Source: an uncultured Candidatus Entotheonella sp.
Lineage (GTDB): Bacteria > Tectomicrobia > Entotheonellia > Entotheonellales > Entotheonellaceae
Assembly (NCBI GenBank): GCA_965215335.1
Contig: CBDCDA010000002.1
Location: 448,001 to 512,000 of the forward strand
Direction of reading: 5' to 3'
Length of the DNA stretch: 64,000 nucleotides
The notes beneath the pieces are model-generated. The model was not told where the DNA came from. It ran no database searches and worked only from the letters and a program-made list of their open reading frames with translations. Position 1 is the first letter of the stretch. Each line of letters begins with the position of its first letter. A program made the translations under genes and the position numbers. Below, one piece after another: positions 9,710 through 19,683 of this stretch.

Positions 9710-10209
9710 TGCATGCTGGCAGGGAGGGTAACGACTTGCAGGCGGGTGCGGGAATCCGGCTTGTCGAAATTGGCGGCGCCCGGCTGCGCCGTCCAATGCA
9801 CCCGGTAGACCTCGATACGGTCCAGCGGCGGGCCGCCGTGCGCGCCGAGGTGGCGTTGCGTTTCGTAGGCGCCCAGCAACCCGGCCAGGGCGCGGCGCGC
9901 CGGCGTCGGGTCCACCTCGCCGAGCACGTCCAGCGCGTCAAGGGACCGCAGCAGTTCGCTGTACGCGAACGGCACGATGTATGCTTCATGATCCAACCGC
10001 AGCACGGCGCCGTCGGCGCCACGACCCACCACTTCCAGCCAGTCGACTTCGGCGGTCGGCTTGCTGTCGGCGTACATGCGGTAGTCCAGAAAGGGCCACG
10101 CCTCGCCGCCGGCGAGGGCGACCAGCAGCGACGGCAGGCCGAAGGCCAGCATGGCGGCGTAAGCCGCCAGTCGTTGCCGTCGCCGCATGGGGCGGTTCTC
10201 GGCTGTCAT
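9706..10209 (-). CDS. Membrane-anchored hypothetical protein (SdpA-like HTTM partner)
   Basis: Single N-terminal TM helix, then EAWPFLDYRMYA, and C-terminal RIEVYRVHW; ATGA overlaps on both sides. Confidence 0.6.
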   Translation of the reverse strand: MTAENRPMRRRQRLAAYAAMLAFGLPSLLVALAGGEAWPFLDYRMYADSKPTAEVDWLEVVGRGADGAVLRLDHEAYIVPFAYSELLRSLDALDVLGEVDPTPARRALAGLLGAYETQRHLGAHGGPPLDRIEVYRVHWTAQPGAANFDKPDSRTRLQVVTLPASMQ

Positions 10210-10829
10210 CGCGTGGCACCCCAGTGCTCCCAATACGTCCGCCGCCGTGCCGGTATGCGGCGGGCGGGCTTGAAATCGTCGCCGGTGAAATAAGCCACCG
10301 GCAACAGCACGGCCTGCGCGATGTTGTCGGGGACGCCCAGCAGGGCTGCCACCTCCTGCTCGTAGCGCAGGTGCAGCGTCGTCCACGCCGAGCCCAGACC
10401 GCGGGCCCGCAGCGCCAGCATGAGCGACCACACCGCCGGCAGGATGCTGGCGAACACCCCCGCTCCAGCCCCCGTCGGGCCAGTGGATTCGACGCACGCC
10501 ACGACCAGCACCGGCACGTTGTGCATCTGCTCGGCGAGATAGGTAGCGGAGCTGATAAGTCCCGGGTCTGTCTGGCTCGCCTCCGCCTGCCGCTCCGGCG
10601 TGTACACCTCCAGATACGCGCGTTTGTATATCGCGGACAACTCGGCCCGTCTGGCCGCGTCGGTGACGACCACGAAGTGATAGCGTTGAATGTTGCCGCC
10701 GGTGGGTGCCTGGATGGCGATCTCGAGGCATTCTCGGATGATCTCCGGCGGCACCGGACGGCTGAAATCGAGGCGCTTGCGCACCGTTCGGGTGGTGGTG
10801 AGCAGTTTGTCTACGGTAGCGAGGTCCAT
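10206..10829 (-). CDS. Nitroreductase family protein
   Basis: LLTTTRTVRKRLDF, AIQAPTGGNIQ and LALRARGLGSAWTT; GGAGG RBS. Confidence 0.9.
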   Translation of the reverse strand: MDLATVDKLLTTTRTVRKRLDFSRPVPPEIIRECLEIAIQAPTGGNIQRYHFVVVTDAARRAELSAIYKRAYLEVYTPERQAEASQTDPGLISSATYLAEQMHNVPVLVVACVESTGPTGAGAGVFASILPAVWSLMLALRARGLGSAWTTLHLRYEQEVAALLGVPDNIAQAVLLPVAYFTGDDFKPARRIPARRRTYWEHWGATR

Positions 10830-10943
10830 CCTCGACACCTCCTTTGCGCGGGTTGGAGCGGCTTTGCCCAACAAGTCGGGTCTTCTGCTGTCGTGCAGGG
10901 TCGCCGTCAGGCTGTGTCCGGGTCGGGCGAGCCTGAATCCTGT

Positions 10944-11402
10944 TCAGGGTGCGGGGGCGTCGGCGGTCTGCAACTGCTGTTTGATGACGTCGATCTGTCC
11001 TTCGTTGCGGGAGACGCGTTCACTGATGCCGACGGTAAGCTTGCGGAGCTCGGAGACCTCGTCGGTGAGCCGGTCAAGGCGCTCGTCGGTGTTGTCGAAG
11101 CGGTGACCCACGGCGTTGAAATGCTGGTTGATGGCCTTGTCCATGGCCTCGAAGCGCTGGGTGATGGACCTGTCCTGAGCCTCGAAGCGCTGGGTGATGG
11201 ACCTGTCCTGAGCCTCGAAGCGCTGGGTGATGGACCTGTCCTGAGCCTCGAAGCGCTGGGTGATGTATCTGTCCTGCGCGTCGAGACGGTGGTGGATGGA
11301 ATTGATGGAGATGAGGATGACGCCCACGACGGCAGCGGTGCCGGCGACAGCCGAGATGACGATTGTGATGGGAGTTTTGTTTTCCCTGATCCAGTCCTGC
11401 AT
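10944..11402 (-). CDS. Membrane-anchored coiled-coil protein with 11-aa tandem repeats
   Basis: N-terminal TM helix, about four copies of (FE)AQDRSITQR, then coiled coil (RLDRLTDEVSELRKL...RVSRNEG). Confidence 0.65.
   Translation of the reverse strand: MQDWIRENKTPITIVISAVAGTAAVVGVILISINSIHHRLDAQDRYITQRFEAQDRSITQRFEAQDRSITQRFEAQDRSITQRFEAMDKAINQHFNAVGHRFDNTDERLDRLTDEVSELRKLTVGISERVSRNEGQIDVIKQQLQTADAPAP
11146..11277. repeat. 33-bp coding tandem repeat, 4 copies (3 identical, 1 degenerate)
   Basis: Unit gcctcgaagcgctgggtgatggacctgtcctga at 11146, 11179 and 11212; variant at 11245. Confidence 0.95.
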
Positions 11403-11758
11403 GATGCGGGGTCTCCGGCGTGACGGGAAAGGCTGATGCCTTGCAGAAGAGGCGTCCATACTACCTGTGAACCCCTGCCCGCGCAATGCCTGCGCCCGTT
11501 CGGGTCAGGCGCTGCGGAGCGACCGCGCTCCCACGTTCTTCGCCTTGACACCTCCCCGGCTATTATGACCTGCGGGGCAACGCGGCACGGTGGAGGCTCG
11601 GCTGACGAGCGTGCTTGCGATCTTGCAGGACACTCTCGGCGGGGTGGAGCACGTCGAGCGTGCCAGCGCCTCGCCTTCGCAAGGCGTCATGATGCGGCCG
11701 CAGTCGCGCTGGTAGTCCCTCCGCTCCAGGCGCCGGCGCTTTCGGCGCGCCTGCCGTC

Positions 11759-13348
11759 TCAACCCAGCCGTACGATGCGCATCATCACCACGATGCCGGC
11801 GCACGCAATGGCCAGATACAGCAACATGGCGAAGCAATCGTTGAAGGCGTGCAGCAACGCCTCGCGCCGCACGAACCCGGCCAGCGTGCCGCGCGCGTAC
11901 AGATCCACGAACTGGCCGCCGAGCCGCTCCCACACGCCCGCGAAAGCGTTGAGCGCATGTTGCGTGCCGGTGGCGGCGTGGGTCTGTGTCTCGGCAAAGC
12001 GCGCCTGGTGAATCGTCTGCCAGCGCTCCAGCAGCGTGCTCAGCAGCGAGATGCCGAAGGTGCCGCCGAGCACCAGGCTGAGGCTGAGCAGACTGGAGGC
12101 CATGCGCGCCCGCTGCGCCGCCAGCCCGCTGGTGGCCGTGGCGAAGACCGGCGCGTTCAGGAATCCCAGGCCAATGCTGCGCCAGACGTAAGCCCAGGTG
12201 AAATACCAGAGCGTGACGCGCCCGTCCGCGGTCAGCATGAGGTAGCAGAAGAACCCGAACGCCGCCGCCCCAATTGTCATTGGAATGCGCGGATCGATGC
12301 GGTCGACCAGCCAGCCGGCGACCAGCGCGCAGATGATCATGGCCGCCGCGCCCGGCGTCAACGCCAGGGCCGACTGTTGCACGGAGTAGTCCAGGCCCAG
12401 CTGCATGAACAGCACCGTCAGAAAGCTGCTGGTGTAGAAGAACACGCCGAGAATGACGGCGGCGCAGGTACCACTGCTGTAGAGCAGACGGCGGTAAAGC
12501 GAAAGATCGAGCAGCGGCATGTCCATGCGGCCTTCGATGAACAGAAACAGGCACGCAGCGACGCCGCAGACGACCAGCAGGCCGAGAATGAACGTCGAGT
12601 CCCAACCCTCCTGCTGCACTTGGCTCAGAGCCACCAGCAGGCTGACCAGGGCGGCACTCAGCGTGATGAATCCCCAGCCATCGAACGGCGCCTCCTCCTC
12701 CCGCGCCGAGGGCGTCACCAGTAGCAGGGTGCCGAGAACGGCCAGGCTGCCGGGCACCAGGTTCAGATAGAAGACCGTCCGCCACTCCACGGCATCGGCA
12801 ACGAACCCGGCGATGGGCAGCCCGAACAGGTTGCCCAGCGAGGCGCCAGTCGCCCACAGGGACGTGCCGAGACCGCGTTGGTGCGGCGGCGTGACTTCCA
12901 GCATGAGAGCCAGGGAAATGGGCATCAGCACGGCAGCGCCAACGCCCTGCAGGATGCGCAGCAGGATGAGGATTTCGATGCTGGGCGCCGCGCCGCACAG
13001 GGCGGAGGCGCCGGTGAAGATGCTGACGCCGAGCGCGTAGAGGCGCTGGTTGCCCAGTTTGCGGCCAATCCAGCCGAGAGTCGGCATGGTGACCGCGGTG
13101 GCGATCAGGTAAGCCGTCATCACCCAGCGAGCCGTCAGTACGTCCGCTCCCAGGCCGCTCATGATGCGCGGCAAGGTGACGTTGACGACGTTGATATCCA
13201 GGATGTTGATGAAGGGGCCGAGCATGCAGGACATCATCACGCCCACGACGACGAGGCGAGGAGCCGCGGGACCGACGCCGTCGGCCGACTGGCGGATGAC
13301 GGGTTCCGCTTGCGTGGCTTGGGGATGCGAGGTGGATGCGGAAGCCAT
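11759..13348 (-). CDS. DHA2-family (EmrB/QacA) MFS efflux transporter
   Basis: LDINVVNVTLPRI, WVMTAYL, RILQGVGAA, WRTVFYLN and PLLDLSLY motifs; 14-TM type. Confidence 0.92.
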   Translation of the reverse strand: MASASTSHPQATQAEPVIRQSADGVGPAAPRLVVVGVMMSCMLGPFINILDINVVNVTLPRIMSGLGADVLTARWVMTAYLIATAVTMPTLGWIGRKLGNQRLYALGVSIFTGASALCGAAPSIEILILLRILQGVGAAVLMPISLALMLEVTPPHQRGLGTSLWATGASLGNLFGLPIAGFVADAVEWRTVFYLNLVPGSLAVLGTLLLVTPSAREEEAPFDGWGFITLSAALVSLLVALSQVQQEGWDSTFILGLLVVCGVAACLFLFIEGRMDMPLLDLSLYRRLLYSSGTCAAVILGVFFYTSSFLTVLFMQLGLDYSVQQSALALTPGAAAMIICALVAGWLVDRIDPRIPMTIGAAAFGFFCYLMLTADGRVTLWYFTWAYVWRSIGLGFLNAPVFATATSGLAAQRARMASSLLSLSLVLGGTFGISLLSTLLERWQTIHQARFAETQTHAATGTQHALNAFAGVWERLGGQFVDLYARGTLAGFVRREALLHAFNDCFAMLLYLAIACAGIVVMMRIVRLG

Positions 13349-13566
13349 AGATGCGCCAATCCTAACCGGCCCGGCCCTCGATCGCAAGGCGGCTCGCGTT
13401 ACGGTTCTCCCGTGTCTTCCCTGAGCGGCGAATCCCGCAAGCGGCTATACTTGCCCCACAGCATGCAGGTCGAACATGGGTGGTCCGACCGATTGGCCCG
13501 CCCGGCGATACGCGCGCTCGATCACCCATCACACCAGCAACGCATCTCGCACAAGGAGCGTAATAC

Positions 13567-14355
13567 GTGGATCTCGAACTGAACGGCAAGGTCGCCCTCA
13601 TCACCGGCGGCAGCAAGGGAATTGGCAAGGCCATCGCCCTGGAACTGGCCAAGGAAGGCGTCGACATCGCCATTGCCGCCCGCTCGCAGGGGTCACTGGA
13701 TCAGGCCGCCGCAGAACTGCGGGCCACCCGCAGGCGCGTCGTGGCCGTCGCCGCCGACATGATGAAGTGGGACGACGTGCAGAACATGGTCAACACCACC
13801 GTGACCCAGCTGGGCAAGGTCGACATCCTGATCAACAACGCCGCCATGGTCGGCGGGCAGGTGCGCGGCACCCTCGCCGAGGCCGCCGAGAAGGACATGA
13901 TCGAAGACCTGGACACCAAGGTCGTGGGTTATTTCCGCTGCATGAAGGCGGTGGTGCCGCACATGCAGCGCCAGGGGTGGGGGCGCATCATCAGCATCGG
14001 CGGCGTCTCGGCGCGCCAGTCCACCATCTACGGCCTGCGCAACGCCGCGGTGGTGCACATGACCAAGACCTTCTCCGACCAGCTCGGCGGTGACGGCATC
14101 ACCCTCAACGTCGTGCATCCTGGCCTGACCCTCTCGGAAACCGTCAGCACCATGCTCGACAAGCGCGCCGAAAACCAAGGCGTGTCGCGCGCCGACATCG
14201 AGACGGAATCCTCCCAGCGGGTCGCCATCCGGCGACCGATCGAGCCGCAGGAACTGGCCTGGGTAGTAGCCTTCCTGGCGTCTCCAAAGGCACACTGCAT
14301 CACCGGCGAAGTGATTGCCGCCGGCGGCGGCGCCATGGGGGCGGTGTTCCAATAA
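13567..14355 (+). CDS. Short-chain dehydrogenase/reductase
   Basis: TGGSKGIG, DILINNA, NVVHPG; AAGGAG RBS before GTG. The catalytic YxxxK is replaced by YGLRN. Confidence 0.88.
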   Translation: MDLELNGKVALITGGSKGIGKAIALELAKEGVDIAIAARSQGSLDQAAAELRATRRRVVAVAADMMKWDDVQNMVNTTVTQLGKVDILINNAAMVGGQVRGTLAEAAEKDMIEDLDTKVVGYFRCMKAVVPHMQRQGWGRIISIGGVSARQSTIYGLRNAAVVHMTKTFSDQLGGDGITLNVVHPGLTLSETVSTMLDKRAENQGVSRADIETESSQRVAIRRPIEPQELAWVVAFLASPKAHCITGEVIAAGGGAMGAVFQ

Positions 14356-14397
14356 AGAGGCTGCCCGCATGGGCTCGACGCCAACGGAGGGTGTGGC

Positions 14398-15135
14398 ATG
14401 CAGGACGAGACGCGGCTGGTGCATGCCGGCAGAGACCCCGCAGCGGGACGGCGGCATCGTCAATCCGCCCGTCAGCCGCGCCTCCACGGTGCTGTACCCG
14501 ACACTGGACGCCTTTGCCAGGCGCGACGATGGCGACGCCAAGTACCGCGCCGTGCGCTACGGCGCCTGCGGAGTGGCCAACACCTTTGCGCTGGCCGACA
14601 CGGTGGCAGAGCTGGAAGGCAGCACCGGAGCGGGGGTCACCTCCACCGGCCTGTCCGCCGTCACCCTTGCCCTCACCGCCTTGATGGGGCATGACGATCA
14701 CGTCCTGATGACGGATTCCGCTTACGGTCCGACGCGTGCTTTCTGCGACGAGGTTCTGACCCGCTTGTCGGCGCCGACATCGCCGGGTCGATGCAGCCCA
14801 ACACCCGCATCGTGTTCACCGATCCCGGTGACCCCGGGCACGCCACCTGGAAGCGCGATTTTGCCGGTGCGTGCAGCCTGTTCAGCGTGGTGCTGCACAC
14901 CGGCGACGAAACTGCCGTCGCCCGCATGGTCGACGCCTATCGTTACTTCAAGATCGGCGCCAGCTGGGGCGGCTCCGAAAGCCTCGTCATCCCCGTCTAC
15001 CCCGCCCAACTACGCACCACCGTCCCCTGGACGGAAACCGGCTTCGTGCTGCGCTACCACGGCCTGGAAGCTCCCGAGGATTTGATCGCTGATCTGGAGG
15101 AAGGATTCGAACGCCTGCGGCAAGCTCTGAGCTGA
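14398..15135 (+). pseudogene. metC: Decayed cystathionine beta-lyase (two frameshifts plus internal deletions)
   Basis: Three frames carry consecutive MetC pieces: MQDETRLVHAGRDP / GIVNPPVSRASTVL...DSAYGPTRAFC / VGADIA..QPNTRIVFT joined directly to DPGHATWKRDF...GASWGGSESL...GLEAPEDLIADL. The PLP-lysine region is missing. Confidence 0.85.
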
Positions 15136-15440
15136 GCCCGGCATGAAAACGTTTGGGCGGCGGGGATGCGGATACGCACACCGCGCTGTGAGAGGACCGC
15201 CACCGGAAGTCCTTCAATCGACGCTGCAACGCTTGATTCGTTGCACGTCCGGTACATCTCGATCGTATTGCCATGGGTCGGATCGACTCTGCCAGGCGGG
15301 GAACAATGGGGTAAACCCCTGGGCTGGTACCATGCTGGCGTGTCTCCCGCCTCCGCAGACACGGTCCATCGACAAAGTCGAGGGACTGGTACTTCGGGAC
15401 CAGGGCGGCCCCACAGCACCAGCCCTGGTGCTGACATCCC

Positions 15441-16715
15441 CTACCTCGCCGCCGTCAGAGCCTGATCAACATCCGCAACGATGTCCTCGATATGCTCGAT
15501 GCCGATGCAGAGGCGGATCATGTCGGGCGTGACGCCGGCGTCCGCTTGCTCGGACTCGGTCAACTGGCGGTGCGTGGTTGACGCCGGGTGGGCCGCCAGG
15601 GACTTGGCGTCGCCGATGTTGACGAGACGCTTGAACAGCTTCAGGGCGTCGTAGAACTTCACGCCGGCGTCATAGCCGCCCTTGACGCCGAAGCTGAGCA
15701 GGGCGGAGGGGCGGCCGTTGGTGTATTTCTGCGCCAGGTCGTAGTACCTGGAATCCGGCAGCCCGGCGTAGTGCACCCAGGCGACCTGGTTGTGCGATTG
15801 CAGGTGATTGGCCACCGCCATCGCGTTGTCCACGTGGCGCTCCATGCGCAGCGGCAGGGTTTCGAGGCCCTGCAGGAGCAGGAAGGCGTTGAACGGGCTG
15901 AGGGCTGAACCGGTGTTGCGCAGCGGCACCGTGCGCACCCGTCCGATGTAGGCCGCCGGGCCAAGGGCGTCGCTGTACACGATGCCGTGATAGGCCGGCT
16001 CCGGCTGCGTCAGGCCGGGGTATTTCGAGGCGTGCTCGGTCCAGGGGAACTTGCCACTGTCGACAATCACGCCGCCCAGCGAGTTGCCGTGGCCGCCCAT
16101 GTATTTCGTCATCGAGTGCACGACGATGTCAATGCCGTAATCAATGGGCTTGAGCAGCGGCGGCGGCGTCACCGTGCTGTCGACGATCACCGGCACGCCG
16201 TGGCTGTGCGCCATGTCAGCGATCGCTTCGATGTCCGCGATATTGCCCGCCGGGTTGCCGATCGTCTCCGCGAACACCGCGATGGTCTTGCCGTCGATGA
16301 GCCGCTCCAGGCTCGCCGGACTGTCGTCGGCGGCGAACCGCACCTCGATGCCCTGCTTCGGCAGCATGTGCGCGAACAGGGTATACGTGCCACCGTACAG
16401 CAGCGGCACCGACACCACGTTGTTGCCCGCCTGGGCAATGGTCAGAATCGAGTAGTTCACCGCCGCGCTGCCGGCGCTCAGGGCCAGCCCGGCGACGCCG
16501 TTCTCCAGGGCCGCCACCCGTTTTTCCAGCACGTCGTTGGTGGGATTCATGATGCGGGTGTATATATTGCCCGGCACCGCCAGGTTGAACAAATCGGCGC
16601 CGTGCCGGGCGTTGTCGAATTCGTACGCCACGGTCTGGTAAATGGGTACCGCCACGGCATGGGTCGTCGGATCGGTTTCGTAGCCGCCGTGAATCGCCAT
16701 GGTTTCGTCTCGCAT
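15441..16715 (-). CDS. metY: O-acetyl/O-succinylhomoserine sulfhydrylase (aminocarboxypropyltransferase)
   Basis: AVPIYQT, GNIYTRIMNPT, HSMTKYMGGHG (PLP Lys), NIGDAKSL and HPASTTH. Confidence 0.93.
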   Translation of the reverse strand: MRDETMAIHGGYETDPTTHAVAVPIYQTVAYEFDNARHGADLFNLAVPGNIYTRIMNPTNDVLEKRVAALENGVAGLALSAGSAAVNYSILTIAQAGNNVVSVPLLYGGTYTLFAHMLPKQGIEVRFAADDSPASLERLIDGKTIAVFAETIGNPAGNIADIEAIADMAHSHGVPVIVDSTVTPPPLLKPIDYGIDIVVHSMTKYMGGHGNSLGGVIVDSGKFPWTEHASKYPGLTQPEPAYHGIVYSDALGPAAYIGRVRTVPLRNTGSALSPFNAFLLLQGLETLPLRMERHVDNAMAVANHLQSHNQVAWVHYAGLPDSRYYDLAQKYTNGRPSALLSFGVKGGYDAGVKFYDALKLFKRLVNIGDAKSLAAHPASTTHRQLTESEQADAGVTPDMIRLCIGIEHIEDIVADVDQALTAAR

Positions 16716-16764
16716 GCAAGCACTCCTTCGATTGCCGTCTAACGGCTATGAACGCGGATGGAAA

Positions 16765-17844
16765 TCAGGATGGGCAATCCCTCAGGCCGAGCGGATCATG
16801 AGGGTCGATGTCCGGCATGAATGGCAGGCGGCGGTCCGGATGGGTCAAGCGGTACACCAACCCCAGCCAGTTGTTGAAAATCGCCTTGCCCGTGTCGCCC
16901 CAGGTGTTGTCGAGGTGGGGCTCGATCGCCGCTTCCGGGAAGAGAGGAAGCGGTTCCCCGTGCGCCTTGGCCAGGGCGGTCTGACGCACATGGGAAGCCG
17001 CCAGATCAGCGGCTTTGGCAGAGAAATAATGCTCTGGATAGGGCGGTGAGTCGTCAATCTCGTCGCTGAGATAGCGCAGCGTCTCGCGCTTGTACTCCTT
17101 CAGCAGGCTGTTGTAGTCGTACTCCGGATGACCCTGGAAATACACGATGCGGAACTGGTCGGGACTCACGGCCATGTGCACGCCCGCCTCGTCGCTGTCT
17201 ACCAGTACCCGCAGCCCCGCCGCCGCCAACTCGTCGCGCGTCACTTCGTTCCAGCGCGAGTGCGGTACGTCGAAGCGCGTATTGATCCCCTGCAGCAGCG
17301 GATGCGAGCGACTGCGCACGCGGTGGCTGTACACCCCCCACTGCTTGCGCGGCAGCTTCCGCCGGTCGATCTGGTACAATTGCTTGACCAGCGCGTGCGT
17401 GGCCAGACAGGAACACAGGATGCTCGTCACGTTGTCCGTCGCCCACTCGATCACCTCGCGCAGCGGCGTCCAGAACGGCTCCAGTTCCAGCGACGGCTGG
17501 GTGACGTTGGCCCCCGAAATGATCAGGGCGTCCAACCCTGCCGCGCGCAGGTCCTCGAAGTCGGCGTAGTAGGTGTCGATGTGGGTGGCGGCCTCGGGGC
17601 TGCGCGGCAGGCCGGGAACGGAAAAGGGATGGATGTAGAACTGCACGATCTGGTTGCAGTTGCCGACGAGACGCATGTACTGCTGTTCGGTGACGGTGAG
17701 AGCCGCGTCGGGCATCATGTTCAGCAGGCCGATGTGGAGCTCGCGGATGTCCTGCGACACAGCCCGCTCCAGCGTCAGGACGTCGTACCCCCCTTGGCGC
17801 AAGCGGTCGAAGGTGGGCAGGTTGGTGTGCGCCACGAGGGGCAT
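16765..17844 (-). CDS. metA: Homoserine O-succinyl/acetyltransferase (MetA family)
   Basis: QDIRELHIGLLNMMP, GLDALIISGA, LCSCLA (catalytic Cys), VPHSRW and GHPEYD. Confidence 0.92.
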   Translation of the reverse strand: MPLVAHTNLPTFDRLRQGGYDVLTLERAVSQDIRELHIGLLNMMPDAALTVTEQQYMRLVGNCNQIVQFYIHPFSVPGLPRSPEAATHIDTYYADFEDLRAAGLDALIISGANVTQPSLELEPFWTPLREVIEWATDNVTSILCSCLATHALVKQLYQIDRRKLPRKQWGVYSHRVRSRSHPLLQGINTRFDVPHSRWNEVTRDELAAAGLRVLVDSDEAGVHMAVSPDQFRIVYFQGHPEYDYNSLLKEYKRETLRYLSDEIDDSPPYPEHYFSAKAADLAASHVRQTALAKAHGEPLPLFPEAAIEPHLDNTWGDTGKAIFNNWLGLVYRLTHPDRRLPFMPDIDPHDPLGLRDCPS

Positions 17845-17948
17845 GCTCGACTCCTCCGTTTTCCCGCTGGGTGGCGGGCGCTACAGGCCATTCCAGATCG
17901 CCGGGAAGTATACAGCACAAGCCGAAACGGATTCAAAGGAGCAGACCG

Positions 17949-19670
17949 ATGGGGACGCCGCTGTCGCGTGAAACCCTGGCCGCCCAGGCCATGGGCGTGG
18001 TGGACTCGGAAACCGGCGCCCTGGTGCCGCCGCTGTACCCCGCCACTACCTACGAGACGCATCCCGACGGCTCCCTGCGCGACGGCCGCGCCTACACCCG
18101 CGCCGACAACCCCACTTATGACCCCGCTGAACAATCGCTCAACATGCTGGAAGGCGGCGCCGGCGGCATCCTGTTCGCTTCCGGCAACGCCGCCGCCACC
18201 GCGGTGTTTCAGTCGCTGCTGCCCGGCGATCACGTATTGGTGAGTCGCATCCTGTACTGGGGCATTCGCAAGTGGCTGGCGGAGTTCGCCGTCACCTGGG
18301 GGCTGGACGTCGAATTTGTCGATGTGACGGACCTCGAAGCCCTGCGCGCCGCCCTGCGTCCCGGCGTGACACGCCTGTTGTGGCTGGAGACGCCGGCCAA
18401 CCCGACGTGGGAAATTACCGACATCGCCGCGGCTACAGAGATCGCGCATGCGGCGCAGGTGTGCGTGGCGGTAGACAACACGGTGCCGACGCCCGTGCTG
18501 ACACGGCCCATCGAACTGGGCGCCGACGTGGTGGTGCACTCGGCGACCAAATACCTCAACGGCCACAGCGACGTGCTGGCCGGCGCCGTGGTCACGGCGC
18601 GGCTGGACCCGTTCTGGGAGCGCATCCGCTCCTGGCGCCGCAACGCCGGGGCGATGCTGGGGCCGTTCGAGGCGTGGCTGCTGCAGCGCGGCATGCGGAC
18701 CCTGTTTGTCCGCGTACGGCGCGCCTCCGAAACGGCGCTGATGCTGGCGCGGCAGTTGCAGGGTCACCCGGCGCTCAAGGCGGTGCTGTACCCGGGATTG
18801 CCGTCGCATCCGGGCCACGCGACGGCAGCGCGGCAGATGCACGGCGGGTTTGGCGGCATGCTGTCGGTCCGGGTCGCCGGCGGCGCAGAACAGGCGCTGG
18901 CCGTGACCGCGGCGGCGCGGGTGTTCAAGCGCGCCACCTCGCTCGGCGGCGTGGAGAGCCTGATCGAGCACCGGTTGAGCACCGAAGGCCCGTCGTCGCC
19001 CGTGCCGGGGGACCTGTTGCGGCTGTCGGTCGGCCTGGAGACGCCGGAGGACCTGCTGGCGGACCTGGCAGCCGCGCTCGATGCCTCCAGGCGTGTACGC
19101 GCCGCTTCCGCGGCAACGCCGGCTCCTCTGGAGCCGGCGTCCGAGGTCGTGACCAACGTGCGGGAGGTGGTGGAACACAGTGTGGCACCCCTGATCATCG
19201 CGCGCGGCGGCAAGGTGCGGCTGGTGTCGGTCGATGCCGGGGTCGTCACCCTGGAGGCAAGCGGGTCACCCGGCGCCGTCCTGCCGGCTGAAGCGCACGT
19301 GAAAGCGCTGCTGCGCAGCGCCGTCGCCGAGGTCACGGACGTGCGGCTGGTCTGGCCCGGGGATGCGGGGCCGGTTCGGCCTGATACGGACTCGGCGGCT
19401 CTGTCCGAGCGCGTGCAGGCCATCCTGGAGGCGGAAATCAACCCCGCCGTCGCCATGCACGGCGGCCGCGTCACCCTGGTCGAGACGCAGGCCGACCGCA
19501 TCACCCTTCGCCTCGAGGACGGCTGCCAGGGTTGCAACCTCGCCATCGTCACCGTCCGCCAAGGCATCGAGCCCCTTCTGCGCGCCCGCCTGGGACGTGA
19601 GGTGATTGTCGTCGATGCGACCGATCACGCCGCCGGCACGTCGCCTTTCTTCACACCGTCGAAACGATAA
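17949..19670 (+). CDS. Cys/Met-metabolism PLP enzyme (cystathionine gamma-synthase/lyase family) fused to two C-terminal NifU-C/Nfu-like domains
   Basis: YTRADNPT, ETPANPT, VDNT, HSATKYLNGHSD, TSLGGVESL, LRLSVGLE; then VAPLIIARGGKVRL (no CxxC) and INPAVAMHGGRVTL...GCQGC. One open frame. Confidence 0.85.
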   Translation: MGTPLSRETLAAQAMGVVDSETGALVPPLYPATTYETHPDGSLRDGRAYTRADNPTYDPAEQSLNMLEGGAGGILFASGNAAATAVFQSLLPGDHVLVSRILYWGIRKWLAEFAVTWGLDVEFVDVTDLEALRAALRPGVTRLLWLETPANPTWEITDIAAATEIAHAAQVCVAVDNTVPTPVLTRPIELGADVVVHSATKYLNGHSDVLAGAVVTARLDPFWERIRSWRRNAGAMLGPFEAWLLQRGMRTLFVRVRRASETALMLARQLQGHPALKAVLYPGLPSHPGHATAARQMHGGFGGMLSVRVAGGAEQALAVTAAARVFKRATSLGGVESLIEHRLSTEGPSSPVPGDLLRLSVGLETPEDLLADLAAALDASRRVRAASAATPAPLEPASEVVTNVREVVEHSVAPLIIARGGKVRLVSVDAGVVTLEASGSPGAVLPAEAHVKALLRSAVAEVTDVRLVWPGDAGPVRPDTDSAALSERVQAILEAEINPAVAMHGGRVTLVETQADRITLRLEDGCQGCNLAIVTVRQGIEPLLRARLGREVIVVDATDHAAGTSPFFTPSKR

Positions 19671-19683
19671 GGAGAATCAAGCC

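Noticed and set aside
11146..11277. Possible CRISPR array
   Set aside because: The repeats are contiguous with no spacers, are a multiple of 3 bp, lie in-frame within a CDS, and no cas genes are present.
11545..11566. TTGACA...TATTAT sigma70-like promoter
   Set aside because: The spacer is only 10 bp and no plus-strand gene follows.
15150..15437. Possible Uma2-like endonuclease remnant on the minus strand (YQPRGLPH...VDPTHGNTIEMYR)
   Set aside because: The resemblance is short and degenerate and cannot be supported without a profile search.
17845..17948. SAM riboswitch or Met-box between the divergent met genes
   Set aside because: The gap is only ~100 bp and has no recognisable aptamer or tandem AGACGTCT boxes.
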